Below are positions 49,018 through 61,103 of a stretch of DNA of 64,000 bases, one piece after another (the stretch's first letter is position 1; the number at the start of each line of letters is the position of its first letter). Both the position numbers and the translations under genes were made by a program. The DNA lies in contig JBHGNT010000001.1 of the NCBI GenBank assembly GCA_043228905.1, positions 17,298,001 to 17,362,000 of the forward strand, written 5' to 3'. The notes beneath the pieces are model-generated. The model saw only the letters and a list, made by a program, of their open reading frames with translations. It was not told the DNA's origin and searched no databases. Source of the DNA: Azolla caroliniana. Lineage: Eukaryota > Plantae > Polypodiophyta.

Positions 49018-52000
49018 CTCACATGCACAACAATAGTAAATAATAGTAAATCATGCACAACAATAGTAAACAATATTAAATAATATACAATTCAAGGAGA
49101 TGTCAGATATGAAACATAATATACACATATTGTCTGACTCTCAAATTCAAGCATATGCATGTACAACGCACTCAAATGATCAAATGATCAAGGGAGACCA
49201 ACAACAACAACAACAAAACCCTCAACGATAATAACAGATAGAATCAAACATATAGATAAACATGTCCCAAACATCATTATGGTTGCAGATGTAAGAAACG
49301 GATAGGAAATGACAAAAACAGATAGAATCAAACATACAAATATAGTGTAAAACAAGTACCAAATGTCATTGTCGAAGTCTTTGAAGAGGGGACGCGATTG
49401 AAACACACCGGGTAGAGGGAACCAGGTATGAGGGAACACTTGGAGGTAGAGGGAACACGACTAGCAAACCCTAAACTGATGTGAAGAGGACACGGTGTGC
49501 AGACCACACTTCAAAGAACCCTTGAGAGAGAGAACGTGGCCAACAAAGGAAAGCTCGAGAACATGGCCAACAGAGGACATAGTACAACGGTTAGAGAGAG
49601 AATACCTAAGAGAGAGGACACAACGAGGACACAGTTGAAGACCTGATGTCGATGCAACGAGGACACATTACAATGAAGACACAGTACAACACCTGATGTC
49701 GATGTAATGACGACACAGAATAGCGAGGTCACAACGTATTGTTGTTGCAAAGAGGACACGACGAGGACACAACTGAAGACTTGATGTCAATGCAGTGAGG
49801 ACACAGTACATCGAGGACCCAGTACAACACCTGATGTCGATGTAATGATGACACAGAACCACGAGGTCACAACGTACTGTTGTTGCAAAGAGGACACGAC
49901 AAGCAAGGAATGGGTTTAGGGTTTGCAAAGTGAGCAGAGAACGTGGAGAAACCTGCGCAGAAGTTGGAAGAGGGAGGGAGGGAGGGAGGGAGGGGGGTAC
50001 GAACGTAATGAATTCTCGAGTAGAAGGGGGAAGGAAAGAGTGCGAGACAGAAGAAGAGGTACGAACCTAGGGAATTACCAAGTGTAGAGAGAGAGAGAGA
50101 GAGAGAGAGAGAAACTAACTGACAGTTCGACATAAACTTGTTAATTGCCAAGATAGACAAAGTGGATGATTGACTAACGACTAGAGATCTTATATAATTA
50201 AGACCTCCTTACAACATTACCTAGGATTTTAACACAAGTGATGTTTATTTGTATTTGAATTCTATTTTCACTAAATGTGACTTTTAATTTTAAGACAAGT
50301 GATCAACTTTTTAAACCCAAATACTGGATTTATTTTTACATTTTGAAGTTTTTCCTCTAGATGGAATTAGTACTAAAGTTTTGGCCAAAAGTTGGTACAC
50401 CATAGCATGCTTTGACCCAGATAACTGTTTAATTGGCCGGAAAAATACTCTTTTCCGCCATCTGACCGCAGACACTTGATCTTTCTTCCTGTTTCCCTTT
50501 CGACAAAACTCTTGAGGTTCCGGAAATAGTCGAAGACTTCACTCTTCTTCTCAATGAGGTAGATCCACGTGTGCCGCGTATAGTCGTCGATGAAGGAGAC
50601 GAAATATCGACTCCCGCCAAGACTAACGTTCTGTGCTGGCCCCCATACATCGAAATGTATCATGTCGAGCTTGTTCCGGGTCCGGTTACGCTCGTTAGAG
50701 AAAGGAAGTGGGTGTGGCTTCCCTAGCTGGTAGGCTTCACAAATTTGTGCCTTCCGGCCACTAAATTTGGGCAATCCAAACACCGCCTGTTTCAATTGCA
50801 AGTCCTAAAGCCGTTGATAGTTGACGTGACCTATCCACTTGTGCCATAAGTCCATATCCGACTCGACTTTTTGTCCTTTCGCGAACATTGCGGTGCCACC
50901 GTCACTAGAGTCGAGGATAAACATCCTCCCGTCTCTGTGCCCTTGCACAATAACTCGGCCTTCTTCCTCGATGAAGCATCCGAACTTGCATCCCCTAGTC
51001 GACGATCTGTCCGATTGACACTAGGTTCTTCGTGATTGTTGGAACATGTAACATGTTCATGAGTTTCCCTTTCTGCCCGACATGGCTTAGGGAAACTTCA
51101 CTGACATTCGCGATCGAACGCGGAGTGTTGTCTCCGGTTTCGACTACTCCTGGTTGCATCGGTTTCTCAAGGTATGAGAACCACTCCTTGTCGCACCTCA
51201 TGTGGTTTGATGCACCGAAGTTGACGTACCACACCTCGTCCGATTTCGGGGTGGACTTCTTCATCGAGTTTGCTTCGTGTCTCATCACGAGGCTGACACT
51301 TTTTCGGCTTTTCCGAATCCTTCGGTGTAGTGTGATTGTTGCCGATTACCCTTGTCGGTTTGTCTAGAACTTGATCCAGATCTTGTCCTCTCCGAATCGG
51401 CGCACTTCTTCCAGCACTCGCTCTCCTTGTGCCCTTTCTTGCCATAGTACCAGCATTCCGCAACGGGTTTCCCTTGGCTATACTCGTCGCCTCGACTCCC
51501 CCTGTTTCCGGAGGGTCCGGAATTGCTATTGACATCACTTCAGTGCCTTCTTCGTTGATCCTGTTGTCCGCCTCCATTGCGCACCGACTCGCCTCGTCTG
51601 CCACGACCACAGGGCCTATCTCTCTCCGTGTACAACATCTTGCTATCGGTGTGCGTACTTGTCAACGCACCCCCGTGGTTCTCCTCTATAAGGAGCATCG
51701 ACTGTAGGTCGAAAAACGACGACGTATTCTCTCGTGTGCACATAGCAGTTCGGAACACTCCGAACTTTGACACCAGTCCCCTGAGACAGATTTGTACCAT
51801 CTCGCCCTCCTCGACCTTCACATCGATGGAGGCTAGGGAGTCGCATATATCTTTGATCTTCGAGGTGTAATCAGCCACCGACAAATAACGTTGTCGCAAG
51901 TTGCTCAACTCCTGTCGGAGTTGGAGCTTTCTGGCTATGGTGCTTGCGGCGAAAATCTTTTTCAGATTTCCCCAAGCATCCTTCGGCGTTTTCGCATCCC

Positions 52001-54151
52001 GAATATAACTCAGAAGTTGTTTGCCCACACAAGATGTGAAGTAGTAGAGAACTCTGCTCACTGACTGTTCCCAAGCCGGGAAGTCTTTGTGTGTCGAATC
52101 GGGTGTTGTGTCATTTGCTCCGTCGACATAGCTCCAGTAACTGTGCCCGAGTAGGTACTAGTGCATCTTGTAAGACCAAGACACGTAGTTGTTTCTGTCG
52201 AGCTTCTTTGTTGGAAGCGAGCTAGCCATGCCTCTATCCATTTTGTTTTTCCTGTTCTTTACGAAGGTTAGGTTTTCTTCTTTGAGCTAAGGTCGGTTGT
52301 AGAGGTTCTCAACCCTCACGCTCTGATACCATGTAAAAAGAATAGTGTGCAGAAGCAGTAGAAAACCGAACACAGAAACCCAGGTTTAATGGAGAGCTTG
52401 AATATACACAGTACGCGTGAGAGACAGAGAGAGAGAGAGTCAATACACACAACTCTATTCAAAAATAATACTCAGTCTATACATAGGATGTGCTCAGTGA
52501 GCACTTTTATACAAGTCCATACGGACTTACAGAAGTACTGACACGTACTTCAATGCTCATAACTGAGCTCTACAATAATTCCCAAAATATATTCCTATGC
52601 AGAATATCTTTCCAACGGCCTCACAGTTTATGCACCACTACGACTTCTCGTTGCGCACCGGTCTGCGCACCGGTTTACGCACCCAATCCGGCCTAACCGA
52701 TCAATCCCAACCGATCCGGTTCTCAGCTTGCACAACCAATCCGGCCAATGTTGAGCTTGTATCTCAACAATCCCTCTCGGGCATCTTGTTCACAGTCGCA
52801 ACAACCAGGTACGGACTATTGACAATTCAAATGTCATGATGCATTACTATTCTTTAAGAAACTCTTGTATGTTCCTAATGGTTCTTGTCGCCTTCGAGTA
52901 GTCCAAAACTGTTATGACACATATATACAGCTGGGCATTTTGGTAGTACTAAAACGTTGGATTTAGTACAATAATCATTTTGGTGGCCTCATATGCGACG
53001 ATTTGTCGAAGACTATGTTCAAACATGTGATACATGTTGCAGGGCAAAGATGTCAAGACATCATCCATATGGTTTATTGGAACCATTACCAATTCTAAGC
53101 AAGCTGTGGCAATCCATTTCTCTAGATTTCATCACAGGTCTTCCAGTTTCAAAGGGATTTGACGCAATCTTAACAGTTGTAGATCGATATACAAAGATGA
53201 CACTTTTTATGCCTTGTACTAAGGAAATAACTAGTGAAGAAACCGCTGAAACTGTCATGGGAGAGGTATGTCAGCATCATGGCCTCCCCAATAGCATCAT
53301 CAACAACCATGGACCCTAATTCGTCTCGAACTTCTAGAAGCATCTCTTCAAAATTCTCAAGGTCACTTGTAATCTCTCCTCCATATATCACCCGCAAACA
53401 GACGGACAAGCAAAACGAACAAATCAAATGTTGGAACAATATCTTCAATGTTTTCTAAGCTATCAACAAGATGACTGGGTGGATATTCTCCACTTTGCAG
53501 AATTTGTGTATAATAACTTTGTCCACTCATCAACTAGGGTTACACCATTTTATGCTTCTATGGGCTATCATCCTCGGTGGTGTGTATTCGAAACTCTAGA
53601 GTTGCCCATAAATCCTTCTGCAGAGGATCCTTTGGAGCAGCTATGCAAGATATAGGTAGACTTATCTACTCATTTACAACAAGCTCAACAAACATAGAAG
53701 GATTATGCGGATCGTCATCAGCTTCCATCCAGTTTTAACATTGAAGATCGGGTATGGATATTACGACTACACATCAAGACCACTCGACCATGCGATAAAT
53801 TGGACTATCGGCGATTAGGTCCTTTCTGTATTATCATAAAAATGAATGATGTCGCTTTTCATCTCGATCTACCTTCGCAATGTGTCTTCACTGATAGTTT
53901 TACTTATTGCAACTTTCAGTTTTAGTTCAATGTGCATAATGACAATTATAATGTTTGGAATACATTTTGGCAATGATTTTTTTACTCTCAAGTGAGCCAT
54001 GTACAAGTTCAAATAGTTTGCCATTCTAGGAACAAGCAGCAACATGAAATCAAAAATCAACAACCTATTTTAAAATTACACAATGGAAAATTTACTCAAA
54101 ACAATGGAAATTTTAATTCTTCATTGATTAATTTGTCATCAAATTACATAT

Positions 54152-55400
54152 TTATAATACACCATTAGCAATTTGTATAAAGCGCCTATAAACAACAAAG
54201 TTCTTGTTGGTTAGTGGAACTTCTCTACATATGGGATTTGCATACCGAGCTTGGTATGGTGTCCACAACCATGCAGTTAGTTGGTAGCTCAATGTTTTCA
54301 CCAAGTAGTTATCACGCATTTCCTCGGGTACTATGAGACAGCATCTGCGAAGGTTGAAGCAGTGTAGGAAATGTTTTGTATCCACAATCAACGTATTATC
54401 GGCATTATATTTGGGCCAGGTATCCCAAAAATCAGAAAGTCTTTTGAATCGTGCAATATCCTTCTATCGAGCTCGGTATGGTGTCCACAACCATGCAGTT
54501 AGTTGGCAGCTCAATGTTTTCACCAAGTAGTTATCAGGCATTTCCTCGGGTACAATGAGACAGCATTTGCAAAGTTTGTAGTGTCGGAAATGTTTTGTAT
54601 CCACAATCAACATATTATCAACATTATATTTGGGCCAGGTATCCCAAAAATTAGAAAGGCTTTTGAATTGTGCAATATCCTTCTGCTAACATTTTTCCTG
54701 TGTCCACTGACCCTTGAAATGTTATCGCCAATTTGGGAAGAATTTTTTTACACACTTCCACACATTTGTACGTAGTTTTTCAATCGAAATAAACAAATTA
54801 AAGTATGGTACAACCCACTCTAGAAATTGATTCATGTCCCTCCTTGGCTACATATATTACACACTCATCAGGACTTTATCAAGCTCCAAGATCAAGGCTC
54901 TTCTTTCATCTTCTAATGGTTTAGGTTTCCATTCCTGCAACTGAGCCTCTGTTACACCAAGTATTGGTAGCACACAATCAATTTCAATCAACTCAGGTTC
55001 TATCGACACAATTGGTGTCCTTTTCCTCTTCAAACCCCTGGTCGGTTGTGTCATTGGGTCTAGCTTCACACTGTTTTCCTCTTGTGCAGTCGTGGGGTGT
55101 GGCTTTGTGCATGTCGATACTTCTGATTCCATATCAGCCCATTGTTATCACATGATGCATCTACTTGCCAAATCAGATCATTTGTGCAACATTCTTGACC
55201 TACTTGTGTGACCAGATCATCTATGCAACATGCTTGATCTACTTGTGTGACCAAATTATCTGTGTCAGTAGCTACATCTACATTCAAGATGGGGCCCTCT
55301 AAACACGTAGCAACATCAATAATTTCCACATTGACAGCCTTAGGATCAATAGATTCAAACCCTTTAAACTCTACAAGATTAGAAAACACCGACATATTCA
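54152..55400 (-). pseudogene. FCP1/NIF-type HAD-phosphatase-like gene fragment
   Basis: ALILELDKVL, RRDMNQFLEWVVPYFNLFI, WTQEKC, PKYNADNTLIVD, CCLIVP, DNYLVKTL occur in the expected order. Includes a 222-bp tandem duplication (54246 and 54468). Confidence 0.5.
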
Positions 55401-55860
55401 CAGTCACAAAATAGCTAACTGTCTCACAAAACAACATCATGAACATTAAATATTCTGCAACAAAATAATAAGATTATCTTAATATCCATCAGCGAGTTCC
55501 ATTACATAATGTGGATCGAGCAACAACCAATTTGAGGTTTTACTTGTCCAAATAGATCACAAAAACTTCATAATTTTCTAGGAAAATAGCTAACAATCAT
55601 GTCCCAGTAAACAGTAATTCAAAAGCCCCTTGATCGAGTAACTAGTCATGTCCCTGATCACGGTCCCTTCTTCAGCCTTTTTGTACAAGGTTTCCCATTT
55701 AGCCTTGCTTCTTTCACCCATTACGCAAGTGTGTCTCCTCTAACAACCTTTCCATCGCCTCGGCAATGGCTTGCACATTAGTCGCGTCTTGTGCTAGTTG
55801 TTCAAGTAGAGTGGGATCTCGTGGGACATCATCAGCAATTGGGTGTGATGGGGTTACATT

Positions 55861-57947
55861 TGTTGGGAAACAAGTCCGTCCGAATGGGATCCGGATGACA
55901 ACTAGAGGAGCAGGATCAGACGAGGTGAAGCAAGGAACTGGACCAGATGGATCCGGCTGGATCCGGTATGAATAAGCAAATAGGAACATATTGATAAATA
56001 TGTTTAGACATGACCGATGATGTCATATTTGTAAATAACCCTAAAGTCATATAAGTATAAATATGACTTTGGGCAATAACTTTAGGTAATGTTGTTATCA
56101 TTATTGTTGTATAGATACAAACTGAGAGAGTGAGAGAGATATACATAAAGCTTTCTTGTTGTAATCGTTGGTTGGCAAAGACAAAGCTCGACATCGTTGC
56201 CTCCGACTCACCCATTGTATCCTTCCTCTCATAGTGATAGTTGGAGTCTATGGGCTCCCATGGTTTTTCCCTTTTAGGGTTTTCCACATTAACATCCTGT
56301 GTCATCTTATTCCTATTGTCGGTTTCTTCCATTGAGTGATTAAGACTCGGTTGTGGCCGAGCATTGTTCCGCATAGCATCAAGGCTCTGAGATTTGAAGA
56401 AATGTTGCATCAAGTGTTCAAATTTTTTTTTGTTATGAACCTCAAATTTACATCCTAGATCCAATATTTCATGGCTTTTCACAACGTTGCCTAATTTAGT
56501 ACAATCTTCCAAAAGAATAGGGTGGAGTTGATCTGAAAGAGATGTGATAGAAAGACTCTTACTTTCAACCACATTGCTAGCTATCTCCTCATCGGTTACG
56601 ACATCATCGGCACCAGACACCTCATCCAAACTCCTTAATCCATGAGATTCTGGTATCATCGGTTGTGGCCGAGCGCTATTCCTCACAATCTGGTATGTTC
56701 AAACTCATGGAAGAATCATTTGGAAGCATGTTCAAACTCATCGGCTCCAACTACCCAATGTGGAAGTCGAAGATGAGGGACATTCTAGTGGTTAAAGATC
56801 TTTGGTTGTCGGTATACTTTGGAGAAAAGAAGCCGGAAAAGATCAATGCCGCGACCTGGGAGGTGACGCATATGAAGACGAGGCATGTACAATAAATTCA
56901 ATCAAGATAACAAGGCAAATGAGCTTTGGAAGAAAATCGGCACCATGCTGGAGAGCAAGAACGTCGTAAATCGGGTTTTGGTATTCCGAAAGTTAGTGAG
57001 ACTCCGGTACCAAGACAGATCCAGCATGGCAGAGGACATGAATGCATTCCAGGAGTTCATAAATCAAACAACCTCGTTGGAAGTACCTCTGGCCGACGAG
57101 GTACTTGCATTGCTCCTGCTCGGTTCCCTCTAAGATAGTTGGGAGACACTAGTTGTCACTTTGGAAGCTCGCTGGCAATGCCAAACTAGAAGTAAAATAG
57201 TTGTCCCTGGCAAGGGTAAAATCAAGGTTGTTGGATGAAGAAGCTCACTGGAAGGACCGAAAGTCCAAAATCGATCCGAAGGCCTTGGTTACAGAAGCGG
57301 ACCATAATTGGGGAAGAGACCAGAATTAGAGTCCCCAGAACCAAGACAAAACGGGGACGAGGTTGAAGTCAAGGGGAAGAACCACATGCTTTTATTGCAG
57401 AAAGTTGGGGTACTTCCAGAAGAATTGCCAACATTTCCGGAAAGCCATAGGGGGAACCGATAGTCCAGAACCGAAGAAGATTTTCGAAAGAAGAGGAACA
57501 TTGACAATTGCGACAAGTGAGGAAGAATTGTTGCTTATCAATGAGGACAGTGAGCTATATCTTGTTAGTGATGAGACGACATGGCTAGTCGACTCCGGAG
57601 CGTCGTTCCATCTGACCCCCGACCGGAAATGCTTCTCATCGTATAGAGCTGGAGATCACGGTTCTGTCCGAATTCTCAGCATAGGAGATGTGTGGTTGTC
57701 GACATCAACCGCGTGCAAGTTGTTGCTGAAAAATGTACGACACGTTCCGGAGGTTTGATTGAACCTGATATCAGCCAGTTGGCTACATGATGAAGGCTAC
57801 ATAGGTAGCATCCAGAATGGATTCATGAAGTTTTGCAAACGAAGCCTGATTGTAGCCCGAGCCTGGAAGATAAACAGATTGTACCTGATGCATCCTCGGA
57901 TTTGCCGAGAGGAAGTGAACGTAGCATCCGACAATGCCACTGAGTTG
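55861..57947 (+). mobile_element. Truncated Copia element (5' LTR 55861-56687, gag, protease)
   Basis: TGTTGGGAAA start, homology to LTR 1730-2270, PBS remnant TGGTAT at 56691, WLVDSGASFH. Ends abruptly before integrase. Confidence 0.85.
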
Positions 57948-58031
57948 CGCTCTTGTCCGTCGGTTAGTATTCCGACGGACAACACATGGCACGCCTGTGG
58001 GACAGTGCCCTACCACGTCAGACCCATCTCG

Positions 58032-60984
58032 TTAATCTTCTTCCAAAATGTCTTGGATGTTTTGCTCTGCTACGATGTCCACGTGTGGGGACGGCGTAGG
58101 GCTCGTAGGTGCATTGTGGTGTAGTTCCCCTGTGTGGTCGGGACGGCTCCTCCTGGTGTCGCGATCGTCCTGTGTGGGCGGTCCGGGTTCTGTGGGCTCT
58201 TCTTGGGCTAGGGTGTTGAGCTCAATCGTCGGCAGTCTTGCGGTCGGTCGCGGCTCTGTCTCCTCCGTCACTCGCTCTGTGGTGTCGGCCGTCGTTGTAC
58301 GCTCCGGGGCGTGGGGTTGCGGTTCCGCTGGGTCCGCAACGTTCTCCGTGTGGCCGGCTGCTAGCGTAGGCTCCGGGAGATGGGGTTCCTCTTGGGTCAT
58401 GGTTTCGTTGTCTGGTAATGTGGGAGACCCCGCTCGTCGTTCCGCGATGTTCACCGTAGTTGTAATGGCCTAAGGGGACCTGGCCTGAGGTTCCTCTTCT
58501 TCGGTAGGGTCCGGAATTGGTGGCACGACGGATTCCTCATTAGTTTGTGTGTTGCCGGCTTGTGTGATTTGGTGAAATAGATCCTCCTGGCTTTCCCCAA
58601 AATCATCTAAGAGTTGCGCGAGTTCATCAGAATGCTGGTCCACTAGCATGCGATAGTCCTGCGATAGGTCCTCGCGTACTGCCGCAATGCTCTCCTCATT
58701 GAGTTTATAGAAGCCTCGACCGTCTTTTCGCCTGTTCTCCCAGTCCGCACGATACGTGTGCAATTCCGCTGCCTAGGCTACCCACGCCATCCATCCTTTG
58801 TCTAGCGCCGTTTTCAATTGCGCTGTGAACCTCTCCCGATTCGTTTGGAGAAGGATACGCACGTTGTCTGTGATGGCCTGGCAGCGGTTGCGTGCTTCTT
58901 CTACCGCCTTCTTGAAGTTTGCAATTTCTTGCTGGCTAACTACGGCCGCTTCTTCGTACGTGCTCTTCATGCCCGCCCACAACTGGGCTTCCTTCCCATG
59001 GAGTTCTTCTAATTTCCCCATTTCATTGTTTAGGCGGATTTCGAGTTGATGCCTTCTTTCCTGTTCGCCCACTAGCTGCTCGTCGAACCATACCTTCTTT
59101 TTCTCCAATAAGGCCCGGAGTCCCGAGATTGCCGCCTCCGACTTCTTTGCTTCCTCCCATAATTGGGTGTTTTCTTCTTTTGTTCGGGTGTATTGAGCGG
59201 CCTCTGCAGCGAGTTTCTCTTCAAGGGTTTTTACTGCCTTCCGGCCGTTAGCCCGTATATCCTTTTCCCTGTCGGAGGATTGGCAAAGTTCAACGCGAAG
59301 GCGGTCAATTTCTGATTCCGCTAGTTGTACGACCCTTTTTGCTTTTGAGGCAATGGCGGTGTGAGCCTCAATCTCTTCCTTCAAGGCGTCGATGGCCTGG
59401 TTTGGTGGTGGAGTTGCCTGTTGCGTCGTAGTCGCGTTAGTTTCCAACTCCGTGATGCGTTCGTTGGCTTTTTGCAGCTCGGCTTGGGTCAGTTTTACCT
59501 CCTTCGAGACTTTCTTATTTGGAATGGCCATCTCCTTAACGCCTGTGCTGACCTTTGCCAGTTCCCTGTGGACTTCGACTAGGGCCGTGTTTAATGGGGG
59601 TAGCTCCATCCCCACTCAGCGAACACCGGCGTTCCTCTGTCTACCAACCCTGGCTAGCCGGTTCTCATCGTCGCTCTCTTCCGCTTGTGTTAGGGCACGC
59701 TCGATCATCTGACGCTCCGCATGCTCCTCGGCCATTCATTGTGAGGCCTTTATCTATTGCGTTGCCAGGAATTCCATGAGCTCAAAAGAGGTTCCAAACT
59801 ACAAGAGGGTGTTGAACTCATGGGCCATGTCCGGGATATCTGGATATGCCAAAACCTTGCTTTCCGCCGTCAATACGGCTTTCCCTCGTTGTGATTGGGT
59901 CGTAATGATCGACCGTGGCTCCCGGATGATTTCAAAGGTGGTATTGGGCTCCGTAACTGCAGAGCCATCGCCTTCGGTCATTGTCTCTACCGTCGTGGGG
60001 ACATCTTTGACCAATCCCTGCCCATCTTTCCTGTCCAACCTCCGTCGTTTCGGTCTGGGGCTATCCTGCCGTGTTTCGGCGTCTGGTTCTGGGGCTGCTT
60101 CCGTAGAGCGTGCTGGCTATTCTTCCTGCGTTGTCCGTGTGTCTGGTTGGGCGGGTTGGGGTTCCTCTTCCCACTCTGGGGCAGCTAACTCCGCTAACCT
60201 GCGCTTCGCGGATTGGGGTGGAGGCGTGGGTCAGCTGGGTTGCAGTGTCGGCAGGCCTTGGCGTGGGAATAGCACCGTAAGGTACTGTTGTATGATCGGC
60301 CTGAGCTTCTTTCCTCCCTTCCCTTAATGTAGGCCTTGTGATGATCCCCCAATCGACCGCACGCCCTTCAAAGGTATCAAAAATGATACCCGCCTTCTGC
60401 TTAGGCATCCCATATGCATTGACGTGTACGCATCCAACCTCTAATAGGAACTTGGCGACTTCACGGAAGAAGGGATCCGGGATCTACTTCGTTTTATAGG
60501 CCTTGGCGGAGGAGGAATATGGACCGAAATATCTCTGTAGTGCCTCTGCATGAGGGATTTCGAAATGCCTTTCGCCTAGCGATGACAAGTCCAACTTTTT
60601 CCGGATGGTAGAGTTGGTCACCATGTCGATGTTAAGATTTTTGGCGATGTCCATGGCATCCGGGTGTGGAGGTGCCTCTGCGACCCGGATGTACCCATCC
60701 AGGCGTTTCTCCACGAGCCATCGGTGTAAGGCGGTAGAGATGAAGATCGGCATCGCCAGAGTAGGTTCGTGGGGAGGAGACTGGTGGTTGCGGTGGGCTG
60801 GAGCTCTGTGATAGGATGGAGGGGGAGGTGAGGGGGAGGAGAGATGGGAGCGCTGATAGTTAGGAGGTGGGTTTTTGTTTTGTGCAGAAGATCTTCTATT
60901 TCCTTCTTTTTGTGGCTTAGGGTTCATTGGGCGGTGAGCCATCGTGGTGCCGCGTGTTCTTGATCTAGGAGTCTGTGCATGCAT
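58032..60984 (-). pseudogene. Extra ORF downstream of pol (Pro-rich, VDW domain, coiled coil, acidic tail), broken
   Basis: Collinear same-strand ORFs 60484-60984, 60061-60408, 59799-60038, 58773-59615, 58470-58763 and 58032-58454. Confidence 0.7.
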
Positions 60985-61103
60985 TTAGTCCTTTTTCTTT
61001 AATAGTGTCGCTATCTTCTCTTTATTTATTTATTTATTTATTTATTTTTGTAACGGTTACATACAACCTATTTTTACATTATGATACAAGTGGGGTTGTC
61101 CAC

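Larger units (their letters stand above)
36258..50418 (+). mobile_element. Sola2-like TIR DNA transposon
   Basis: Perfect 27-bp TIR GGGTCAAAGCATGCTATGGTGTACCAA (36258-36284 and 50392-50418), 4-bp TSD AGAT, transposase motifs TCCCVCH, GSGHGKGEHDG and SCFCSMC. Splits a Copia integrase cleanly. Confidence 0.88.
28007..52769 (-). mobile_element. Ty1/Copia element, full-length but degenerate, host of three nested insertions
   Basis: LTRs 28007-28428 and 52332-52769, TSD ATCCT/ATCCC, PBS TGGTATCAGAGC 52331-52320, PPT 28440-28429. gag-pol in pieces 52241-50423, 36257-35168 and 30314-28423. Confidence 0.93.
19460..53880 (+). mobile_element. Chromovirus copy 2 (same family as 2325-7174), degenerate, in pieces 19460-21396, 26242-28006, 52770-53880, 3' end lost
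   Basis: 5' LTR 19460-19888, self-priming PBS 19891-19902, gag 19959-21079 (frameshifted), protease/RT/RNase H 26242-28006, integrase 52770-53880. Confidence 0.9.

Noticed and set aside
55916-56686. 256-aa ORF as a real gene
   Set aside because: Mostly antisense LTR sequence joined to a short filler segment.
58773-59615. Envelope glycoprotein or host SMC/myosin gene
   Set aside because: No signal peptide or transmembrane helix is visible, the coiled-coil resemblance is generic, and it lies within the retroelement's extra ORF.
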